Source of the DNA: Dehalococcoidia bacterium
GTDB taxonomy: Bacteria > Chloroflexota > Dehalococcoidia > SHYB01
Assembly: GCA_964291475.2 (NCBI GenBank)
Contig: OZ220062.1
Location: 29,358-61,357 of the forward strand
Direction of reading: 5' to 3'
DNA: 32,000 nucleotides
Below the pieces are notes generated by a model. It saw only the letters and a list, made by a program, of their open reading frames with translations. It did no database searches and was not told the DNA's origin. Positions 21,992 through 29,641 of this stretch are shown one piece after another (position 1 is the stretch's first letter; each line of letters opens with the position of its first letter). Position numbers and translations under genes: made by a program.

Positions 21992-22303
21992 CTAAGCGGG
22001 TTTGGCGCGGGCCTTGGCGAGGTCGTAGGTTGTCTGGAGGTTCATCCAGGTGCGGGCCGAGATGCCGAGGGCGCTTTCGAGATGCAGGGCGGTCTCGGCG
22101 GTGATGGCCTTCTCCCCGTTGACGATCTCGTTGATCGTCTTGAACGGGCGTCCTGCGGCCTTCGCGAGCGCCGACTGCGTCATGCCCCGCTCGGCGAGCT
22201 CTTCTGCCAGCAAGGTTCCGGGGTGCGCCGCGACTTCCAGCGTCGGAGCCGCGGGGCCGTAGACCCTGCGCCCGCCTAGCGCCGTTTCGTTCGCTTCAGA
22301 CAT
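21992..22303 (-). CDS. higA: HigA-family antitoxin / XRE-type HTH protein (no cognate toxin seen)
   Basis: HPGTLLAEELAERGMTQSALAKAAGRPFKTINEIVNGEKAITAETALHLESALGISARTWMNLQTTYDL is the classic HigA HTH_3 layout, preceded by a roughly 25-aa N-terminal extension. Confidence 0.8.
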   Translation of the reverse strand: MSEANETALGGRRVYGPAAPTLEVAAHPGTLLAEELAERGMTQSALAKAAGRPFKTINEIVNGEKAITAETALHLESALGISARTWMNLQTTYDLAKARAKPA

Positions 22304-22325
22304 CTGTGCGCACCCTACGACCTTC

Positions 22326-23225
22326 TTACGTTAACACCGGGTGGCCGGGGATGACGCGGTCGGTGAAGCCGAAGACGCCGCCGAAGGCTTCGTCGTGGTC
22401 GAGCTCGAAGGTGTGGGGGCCGCGGTCGTGGATGGTGAGGCCGAAGCGCTCGGCGTGGTGCCTGGCGGCGGCGAGGTCGCGGACCTTGAAGGTGAAGGCG
22501 TAGATGATGGGGCCGTGCTCGGCCATGTGCTTGGCGATGTCGGACTCGGGGTCGACGGGGTTGGCGAGCTCGATGATGGAGTCGGCGATGGCGTAGTAGC
22601 GGCTCTGGGTGCCCTTGGCCTCGTAGCGCTCCTCGTGGACGAGGGTGCAGCCGAGGAGGTCTTCGTAGAACCGCGATGCGCCGTCGAGGTCGGCGACGGC
22701 GACGGTCGAGTGGCTCAGGCCCTCGACGCCGAGAGGATGGCGGTCGCTCCAGTAGGAGGCGTCCCACCACGGACGGCGGCGGGGGTCGTGGAAGTCAGGG
22801 TCTTCGCCGATGAACTCGAAGAGCGTGCCGTAGGCGTCCTTGGGATGGGGGACGAAGAAGCGGAAGTCCTCGTCGGGGAGCTCGGTGACCTGCCGGCCGC
22901 CGGGGAGGGCGACGCGGACGCCGTTGTCGAGCAGGTGCTGGGCGAGTCCGCGGAGGTCTTCGACCCAGAAGGCGATGTTGATGAAGTGCGGGCCGTGGCG
23001 CCTGAGGAAGCGGGCCGAGGGGGCGTCGCCGTTGGGGTCGACGGGGGCCAGCGTTTCGAGGGAGAAGGTGCCGCCCATGAGGTTTGCGCCGTTGCGGCTG
23101 CCCTCGAACTCGAGGAACTGCGCCTCGTAGACCCAGCTTCCCAGGAAGTCGTGGTAGAACCTGCCCGCTTCGAGCACGTCGGGCACGATGTTGGAGCCGT
23201 GGAAGAGCTTGACGATCTTGAACAT
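22326..23225 (-). CDS. two-domain VOC (glyoxalase/bleomycin resistance/dioxygenase) family protein
   Basis: Two repeats of the VOC fold (HGPHFINIAFWVEDL.. and GLSHSTVAVADLDGASRFYEDLLGC..ELANP). Start moved to ATG 23225 (AGGAGG RBS). The track's extra 181 N-terminal residues are R/P-rich and overlap the CoA-transferase gene. Confidence 0.8.
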   Translation of the reverse strand: MFKIVKLFHGSNIVPDVLEAGRFYHDFLGSWVYEAQFLEFEGSRNGANLMGGTFSLETLAPVDPNGDAPSARFLRRHGPHFINIAFWVEDLRGLAQHLLDNGVRVALPGGRQVTELPDEDFRFFVPHPKDAYGTLFEFIGEDPDFHDPRRRPWWDASYWSDRHPLGVEGLSHSTVAVADLDGASRFYEDLLGCTLVHEERYEAKGTQSRYYAIADSIIELANPVDPESDIAKHMAEHGPIIYAFTFKVRDLAAARHHAERFGLTIHDRGPHTFELDHDEAFGGVFGFTDRVIPGHPVLT

Positions 23226-23265
23226 GGACGCCTCCTGCCGGCGGAAGCCGCCGGGCGCTCGGCGC

Positions 23266-23271
23266 ATTCTA
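23266..23271 (-). promoter_or_regulatory. candidate -10 TAGAAT for the VOC gene
   Basis: gggTAGAATgcg on the minus strand, 41 nt upstream of the ATG at 23225, immediately after the upstream stop codon. Confidence 0.3.
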
Positions 23272-23275
23272 CCCG

Positions 23276-25689
23276 CTAGTCGGCGTAGAGGACGACGGGG
23301 GCGGGGATGGTGGGCGGCGGCGAGTCGGCGACGAGGCCCTTCTCGTAGAGGTCCGCTATCCGTTCCTCCGATAGACCGAGCAGGCCGCGCAGGACCTCGG
23401 CGTTGTGCTCGCCGTAGAGGGGCGAGGGCATCCGGATCCGCGCCGGCGAGGCGGGGAGCTTCCATGGCGCGCCCGGCATCGGCCAGAGTCCCATTTCGGC
23501 GTGGGGGACGCGCTCGTAGAAGCCGCGGGCGTGGAAGTGGAGGTTGCTCACCAGCTCCCAGTTCTCGAGCACGGGAGCGGCGGCGATGCCGTGCGCTTGC
23601 AGCAGGTCGGCGGCCTCGTGGTGGTCGAAGCCGGAGGTCCAGGCGGCGATGGCCTCGTCGATGTCGTCGTGGCGGGCGCGGCGCTCCTCGACGGAAGCCA
23701 GGGCGGGGTCGGCGAGGGCGGGGTCGGCGATGAGCGCCACAGGCGGGCCCACTCTTCGTCCGAGCGCACACAGAGCACGAGCCAGGAGTCGTCGCCCATC
23801 GTGGGGTAGCAGCCCTGGGGGGCGAAGCGGCGGTGCCGGTTGCCTCGGCGCTCAGGGAGGACGCCGGTCGCCTGGTACTCGATGAGCGGCTCGGCGAAGA
23901 AGATGATGCCGTTCTCCTCCAGCGAGAGGTCGATGTACTGGCCCTCGCCGGTGCGGTCGCGGTGTTCGAGGGCGGCGAGGACGGCGGCGGCGGTGTGCGC
24001 GGCGGTGATGGGGTCGGCGTAGAACATGCCGGTGTGGTAGGGGCGGGCCTCGTCGCGGTAGCCCATGACGGCGGAGAGGCCGCAGGATGCCTCGATGTTG
24101 GCCCCGTAGGCCACGTAGTCGCGCGCCGGGCCGGTGTGCCCGAAGGCGGAGATGGCGGCCATGATGAGCCGGGGGTTGACCTCGCGCAGGGTCTCGTAGT
24201 CGAGCTTCAGGTTGGTCATGACGCGGGGGCTGTTGTTCTCGATGAAGACGTCGGCCTCGCGGATGAGGTCGAGGAAGACGGCGCGGCCCTCCGGGTCGGC
24301 GACGTCGAGGGTGAGCGAGCGCTTGTTGCGGTGGAGCTTGTTGAAGTAGGGCGAGCGGTTGTAGTGGTGCTTCAGCGGCTGCTTGCCGGGGTAGATGACA
24401 GTGCGGCCCAGGGGCCGGTTGGGGTTTTCGACCTTGATGACGTCGGCGCCGAGGTCGCCGAGGAGGCGTCCGGCGTAAGGTCCCGCCCAGTTGCCGGTGA
24501 TCTCGACGACGCGCAGGCCGGTGAGGGGGAGCTTGGCGTCGGCGTAGCCGTCGGGCGCGGCGGGGCGGGGACGGGGAGCGCGCTCCGGCCAGCCGGCGGC
24601 TTCGCTCTCCGTAGGCGGGGCGGGCCGGCGGACCGACGCCGGAGTCCGGCTGAGCTTGTAGGGGAAGCCGGGGAGGGTCATCGGCTTGCCGTCGTCGCCG
24701 CCGCCCTCGATCCACCAGTCGCGGGCCTGAATGACGGGGGAGCGCAGCAGGTCGGCGGCGTCGTAGACCGGGGTCGCGGGAATGCGCAGCTCTTGGGCCT
24801 GGGCGAAGACCTCCTCCTTGGTGTGGGCGAGGAGCCAGCCGGCGACCAGTTGGGCCAGGAAGTCCTCGTGCTCCTTCCAGCCCTCGCGGGTGGCGAAGCG
24901 GGGGTCGCCAACGAGGTCGGGGCGGTCGACGAGGGTGAAGAGCGCGGGGTCGAAGCGCGGCGTCATGAAGCGGACCCAGCCGTCGGCGCAGCGCAGGGGT
25001 TCGGCCTTCCGGCGGCGCTCGACGATGCCCTGGTGCGTCCAGTTGCCCAGCGTCCAGATGTGCGCCGAAAGCAGCGCCTCAACGGCGGAGACGTCGACGT
25101 GCTGGCCGCGCCCCGTGATCGCCGCCCAACGCAGCGCCGCAAGCGATGCGACGGCGCCCTGCGCTCCGGCGTGGAACATCGACTGGTTGTAGGGCACCAT
25201 CAGCGGCTCCCTGGCGGCGTCGCCGCCGAAGAAGAGGTAGCCGCCGAGGGCCCAGTCAACGATCTCCTCGCTCTCCCACTGGGCGTAGGGGCCGTATTGC
25301 CCGAAGTGGGTGATTGAGGTCAGGGTCAGCGCGGGATTTGCCTGGGCAAGGTCGTCGAAGGCGAGGCCCAAGGCGGCGAGCTCGCCGGGCTTGCCGCTTT
25401 CGACGACGAGGTCGGCCCCGGCGGCAAGCTCGCGGAAACGGGCGCGGCCCGCCTCGGTTGCCAGGTTGACGGACACCCGTTCTTTGTTGCCGCCGAGGTA
25501 GGCGAAGAGCGCGCCGGCGCGGTCGGCGGCGCCGGCGGTCGGGGGCAGAAGCCGCAGGGGATGGCCCGTCGGCGGCTCGCCGATGAGGACGTCGGCGCCA
25601 AGGTCGGCGAGCAGGCGCGTGCAGTACGACCCGGCGACGTTGCTGCTTATGTCGAGGACGCGGAGGCCCTCCAGGGCGAGCGGCGGCAT
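23276..25689 (-). pseudogene. tandem-fused double family-III (CaiB/BaiF) CoA-transferase, reading frame broken once near 23740
   Basis: Module 1 is LEGLRVLDISSNVAGSYCTRLLADLGADV ... GFPYKLSRTP. A linker follows, then module 2, LTGLRVVEITGNWAGPYAGRLLGDLGADVIKVE ... CVRSDEEWA. Module 2 continues only in another frame (ORF 23276..23752: ALIADPALADP...RHDDIDEAIAAWT...LLQAHGIAAAPVLE...SPLYGEHNAEVL). This could equally be an assembly error in an intact gene. Confidence 0.75.
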
Positions 25690-25752
25690 GGCGGGCGCAA
25701 GGATACCGGAAGGGCGGCTAATCGGGCGAGGGCGGGCGCGGCGGCGTTGCGG
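25688..25752 (+). repeat. 65-bp direct repeat, copy R1 (covers the CoA-transferase start codon and upstream region)
   Basis: atggcgggcgcaaggataccggaagggcggctaatcgggcgagggcgggcgcggcggcgttgcgg. 63 of 65 positions are identical to 26423..26487. Confidence 0.9.
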
Positions 25753-25772
25753 CCAAGGTGGCTGGACCAGGT

Positions 25773-26387
25773 CTAGGATGTCACCGAGATGGCCTGCTTC
25801 CGGTAGGTCTCGTCCCGCACCTGTGCAACGAGAAAGTGGGCTAGGTCCTCGCGGCCAATCCGTCCCACCCTTCCGACGTTGTCAGCGGTATAGCGGCCGG
25901 AGGCTGGTACGTCGGTCAGGATGGCGGCGCGAACAATGGTCCAATCGAGAGAGCTCTCCCGGACCAGTCCTTCCTGGGCGGTGTGGTCGGCGTAGATATT
26001 GCGCAGTAGCGTCCGGAACATGAGACGGGGTAGCCAGGGGACTTGCCGCCAACTCTCGCCCACCCCCGCCGCGGACAAGACAACGAGGCGGCCGACACTG
26101 TGATCGCACATCCCAGCCACCACGTTCGCGGTGCCAGCGGAAAGGGTCGTCCTATCCCGCAGGCCGTTGCTTCCCAAGGCAATGATGGCCGCATCGTGAC
26201 CGGCAAGCGCCGCGGCCACCGACTCGCTATCCATCACGTCTCCCTGGGCAACCTCCAGGGCGGCATCCTGCCGGTCAATTTTGTGCGCCGAGCGGGTGAA
26301 GGCCGTGACCCGGTAGCCCTGCGCCAGGGCCTGCCGGCATACCTGCTGTCCCGTTTTTCCCGTGGCCCCAAACACAATGACTCGCAT
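25773..26387 (-). CDS. NAD(P)H-binding NmrA/atypical-SDR-like protein
   Basis: MRVIVFGATGKTGQQVCRQALAQGYRVTAFTRS (NAD(P)-binding GxxGxxG), about 204 aa, AAGGATGGAG RBS. Only this C-terminal part of the 735-aa track ORF looks real. Confidence 0.8.
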   Translation of the reverse strand: MRVIVFGATGKTGQQVCRQALAQGYRVTAFTRSAHKIDRQDAALEVAQGDVMDSESVAAALAGHDAAIIALGSNGLRDRTTLSAGTANVVAGMCDHSVGRLVVLSAAGVGESWRQVPWLPRLMFRTLLRNIYADHTAQEGLVRESSLDWTIVRAAILTDVPASGRYTADNVGRVGRIGREDLAHFLVAQVRDETYRKQAISVTS

Positions 26388-26422
26388 AGCTGCTCCATCC
26401 TTGAGCGGACTGACCTCGGACG

Positions 26423-26487
26423 ATGGCGGGCGCAAGGATACCGGAAGGGCGGCTATCCGGGCGAGGGCGGGCGCGGCGGCGTTGCGG
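26423..26487 (+). repeat. 65-bp direct repeat, copy R2 (covers the last 11 codons and stop of the DHA2 gene)
   Basis: atggcgggcgcaaggataccggaagggcggctatccgggcgagggcgggcgcggcggcgttgcgg. Confidence 0.9.
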
Positions 26488-28036
26488 TGTCTTCGGGGTA
26501 GTACTGCTCGCGGGCGGGCATGAACTTCGCCACGAGGAGCGCGCCGAAGACGGCGATGCCGCTGCCGGCGAGTATGGCGTAGCCGAGTGCGTCGGCGAAG
26601 GCGGCGCGGGCGGCGAGGTCGAGCGACGCGGCGGCGGGGCCGTCGAGGGCTCCGGCGATGCGAACGGCCGCGCCGACGGAGTCGCCGGCGGCGTCGACTT
26701 GGCCTGGGGAAAGGCCCGCGATGCCGTCGAGGGTGTCCGAGATGTTGCTGGAGTAAAGCGAGGCGAAGATGGAGCCGATGACGGCGACGCCCAAGGCCCC
26801 GCCGACCTGCCGCACCACGTCGTTCATCGCCGAGCCGACGCCGGCGTCGGCGCGGGGTACGGCGCCCATGACGGCGTTGGTCGAGGGCGCCATGATCAAC
26901 CCCATCGACGTAGAGATGGACAAGATCACGGCGCCGATGACCGCGTAGGGGGTGTCTACGTCGTAGACGTTGATCACGGAAAGGGCGCCGGCAAGCATGA
27001 GCAGGCCCAAGGCGACGGTGCGCTTGGTGCCGATCCGCTCGTTGAGCCGCTCTCCGGCACGGGAGCCGATGGCGACTCCCGCCGCGATGGGGAGCATGGC
27101 CATCCCGGCTTCCAGCGGCGAGAAGCCTTTGACGAATTGCAGGTATTGCGTCATGCCGAACGCCATCCCAAAGAGGGCGAAGAAGGCACAGCCGAGCGCC
27201 GCGGCGCCCGCGCAAAAGCGGAAGCGGCGGAGGAAGCGGAAGTCGAAGAGGGGATTGGACGTGCGAAGCTCGTAGACGGCGAAGGCAACGGCAAGGACCG
27301 CCGCCGCCACAAAGCCGCCGATGACGAGCGGGGCCGTCCACCCGAGCTCCGGCGCTTCGATGATCGCGAAGACGAGGATGGCGACGGAGGCGGTGGAGAG
27401 CACGGCGCCGGGGACGTCGAGGCGGCGGGGGACGGCGTCCTTGCTTTCGGGCACCAGGCGCACGCCCAAGGCAAGCGCGGCAAGCGTGAACGGGACGTTG
27501 ATCAGGAAGACGGCCTCCCACGAGAAGGCCTCGATCAGCGAGCCTCCCACAAGGGGGCCGAGACCGACGCCGATGCCGCCCACGGCGGCCCAGATCGCGA
27601 TGGCCTTGGCGCGTTCGGGGCCGACGAAGACGTCGGTGATGATCGACAGGGTCGACGGCATGATCATCGCGCCGCCGACGCCCATGCCGGCCCGCGCCGC
27701 GATGACGTGCGCGGCACTCTCCGCGAAGATGGCGCTGAAGGCGGCGGCGCTGAAGACTATGAGGCCGAGCCGCAGCATCATGGCGCGGCCGTGGCGGTCG
27801 CCCAGGCTTCCCATCGTCAGCAGGAGGCCGGCGAAGACGAGGATGTAGGAGTCGACCATCCACTGGAGTGTGGATGCGCCGGCGTCGAACTCGCGTTGCA
27901 GCGTCGGAATGGCGACGTTGAGGACGGTGTTGTCCATCCCGATGATGACGAGGCTCAGGGAGAGCGTCCCCAGCGTCCACCAGCGGAGGGGGCTTGCTCG
28001 AAGCTCATCGGCGGTGAGGGCGCGGAGTCGGATCAA
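26453..28036 (-). CDS. MFS transporter, DHA2 (EmrB/QacA-type, 14-TM) family, tandem paralogue A
   Basis: RWWTLGTLSLSLVIIGMDNTVLNVAIPTLQREFDA, LVFAGLLLTMGSLGDRHGR. 527 aa. TTG start with GGAAGGA RBS. Confidence 0.85.
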   Translation of the reverse strand: MIRLRALTADELRASPLRWWTLGTLSLSLVIIGMDNTVLNVAIPTLQREFDAGASTLQWMVDSYILVFAGLLLTMGSLGDRHGRAMMLRLGLIVFSAAAFSAIFAESAAHVIAARAGMGVGGAMIMPSTLSIITDVFVGPERAKAIAIWAAVGGIGVGLGPLVGGSLIEAFSWEAVFLINVPFTLAALALGVRLVPESKDAVPRRLDVPGAVLSTASVAILVFAIIEAPELGWTAPLVIGGFVAAAVLAVAFAVYELRTSNPLFDFRFLRRFRFCAGAAALGCAFFALFGMAFGMTQYLQFVKGFSPLEAGMAMLPIAAGVAIGSRAGERLNERIGTKRTVALGLLMLAGALSVINVYDVDTPYAVIGAVILSISTSMGLIMAPSTNAVMGAVPRADAGVGSAMNDVVRQVGGALGVAVIGSIFASLYSSNISDTLDGIAGLSPGQVDAAGDSVGAAVRIAGALDGPAAASLDLAARAAFADALGYAILAGSGIAVFGALLVAKFMPAREQYYPEDTATPPRPPSPG

Positions 28037-28063
28037 GTGGTTCCTTCCATGACCCGCGCCGGC

Positions 28064-29611
28064 CTAGTCGCCGTAGTCCTGGTGGCGGGAGGGCATGAAT
28101 CGGGCGATGAAGAGGGCCGCGACGAAGGTGACGCCGCCGCCGGCCATGATGGCGATGCCCATGGCGTCGGCGAAGTTGGAGCGGGCGGCGACGTCGAGGG
28201 TCGCGCCCGCCGGGCCGCCGATGTCGGCGGCGATGGTGGTGGCCAGGCCCACGGCGTCGGAGGCGACGTCGATCTGGTCTGGGGAGAGCACGCCGAGGTT
28301 GTCTAGCGTGTCCGCCATCTTGCCCGCGTAGAGGGAGGTCATGACCGAGCCGATCACGGCGATGCCGAGGGCGCCGGCGATCTGTCTGGCGATATCGTTC
28401 ACGGCGGAGCCGACGCCGGCGTCGGAGCGGGGAGAGGCGCCCATGATGGCGTCGATCGACGGCGGCATGACGAGGCCTAGCGAGAACTCGTTGTAGAAGA
28501 TGACGAAGGCGATCACGGCGAGGGGAGTACCCAGGTTATAGAAGCCGATGGCGGTGAACCCGCCGGTCAACATCAGCAGGCCCAAGGTCACCGACCCCTT
28601 GATGCCAACCATCCCGACGAGGCGCTGCCCGGCGCGCACACCGGTAGGGAACCCCACGGCAATGGGAAGCATCAACGCGCCCGCCTCCAACGGGGAAAGC
28701 TCCTTCACAAACTGCAGGTACTGCGTCATGCCGAACATCATTCCGAAGAGGGCGAAGAAGGAGAGGCCGAGCGCGGCGACGCCGGCAGTGAAGAGCGGAC
28801 GGAGGAAGAAGCGCAGGTTGAGGAGGGGATAGGGGGTGCGAAGCTGGTAGATGACGAACGCCGCCCCCAGCACGGCAGCCGCGGCGAATCCGCCGAAGAC
28901 CGTCGGGTCGTTCCACCCATGGGCGGGGACCCGGATGATGGCGAAGACGAGGATGGTGGTGGCGGCGGTGGAGAGGGCGGCCCCGGGGAGATCGAGGGGG
29001 CGGTAGGCGGGGTCTTTGGTGTCGGGGACGAGCCTGAACCCTGAGAGCAGCGCGGCGAGAGCGACCAGAATGGTGACGATGAAGACCGCCTTCCAGGAGA
29101 AGGCGACGATCAGCGCTCCACCGGTCAGGGGCCCGACACCGACGCCGACGCCGCCGATCGCCACCCAGATCGCGATAGCCTTGGCCCGCTCGGGGCCGGC
29201 GAAGATCTCGTTGACGTTGGAGAGCGTGCAGGGCAGGAACATGGCCCCGCCCGCCCCCATGACGGCCCGCGCCAGGATCAACTGCAGGGCGCTCCCAGAA
29301 AAGATGGCCCCCAGCGAGCCGATGATGAAGACGACGAGCCCCAGGCGCATCAGCCGCGCTCGTCCGAAACGGTCGCCGAGGTTGCCCATGGTGAGGAGCA
29401 GCCCGGCGAAGGCGAGGATGTGGGCGGTCGCGATCCACTGGAGCATGGAGGCGCTGGCGTCGAACTCGCGCTGCAGGGTGGGCAGCGAAATGGAGAGGAG
29501 GGTGTTGTCCATCCCCGTGATGACAGCGCTCATCGAGAGGGCACCGAGCGCCCACCAGCGCAGGCGGCTGCCGCGAAGCTCCTCGAGCTTGAGGGCGGTC
29601 AGCTTGAACAC
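28064..29611 (-). CDS. MFS transporter, DHA2 (EmrB/QacA-type, 14-TM) family, tandem paralogue B
   Basis: RWWALGALSMSAVITGMDNTLLSISLPTLQREFDA, LAFAGLLLTMGNLGDRFGR. 515 aa. GTG start. Collinear with paralogue A. Confidence 0.85.
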   Translation of the reverse strand: MFKLTALKLEELRGSRLRWWALGALSMSAVITGMDNTLLSISLPTLQREFDASASMLQWIATAHILAFAGLLLTMGNLGDRFGRARLMRLGLVVFIIGSLGAIFSGSALQLILARAVMGAGGAMFLPCTLSNVNEIFAGPERAKAIAIWVAIGGVGVGVGPLTGGALIVAFSWKAVFIVTILVALAALLSGFRLVPDTKDPAYRPLDLPGAALSTAATTILVFAIIRVPAHGWNDPTVFGGFAAAAVLGAAFVIYQLRTPYPLLNLRFFLRPLFTAGVAALGLSFFALFGMMFGMTQYLQFVKELSPLEAGALMLPIAVGFPTGVRAGQRLVGMVGIKGSVTLGLLMLTGGFTAIGFYNLGTPLAVIAFVIFYNEFSLGLVMPPSIDAIMGASPRSDAGVGSAVNDIARQIAGALGIAVIGSVMTSLYAGKMADTLDNLGVLSPDQIDVASDAVGLATTIAADIGGPAGATLDVAARSNFADAMGIAIMAGGGVTFVAALFIARFMPSRHQDYGD

Positions 29612-29641
29612 GCGGGCCTTGCCGTCATCGTGGCGCGGGCG

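Noticed and set aside
22304-22325. Search for a HigB toxin gene upstream of higA
   Set aside because: Only 22 nt separate higA from the VOC gene stop, and no small ORF is available on either side. HigA is therefore treated as an orphan.
23735-23752. Programmed ribosomal frameshift in the CoA-transferase gene
   Set aside because: There is no slippery X-XXY-YYZ heptamer or homopolymer at the junction. A simple one-base indel or a sequencing error explains it.
22326-23771. 481-aa version of the VOC protein
   Set aside because: The first 181 residues are R/P-rich and overlap the CoA-transferase C-terminus in another frame. The internal ATG at 23225 has an AGGAGG RBS and starts the VOC fold.
25773-27980. 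735-aa '-' ORF
   Set aside because: Only the last 204 codons (from ATG 26387, with RBS) form a recognisable NAD(P)H-binding protein. The upstream 530 codons are an R/P-rich alternative frame of the DHA2 transporter gene.
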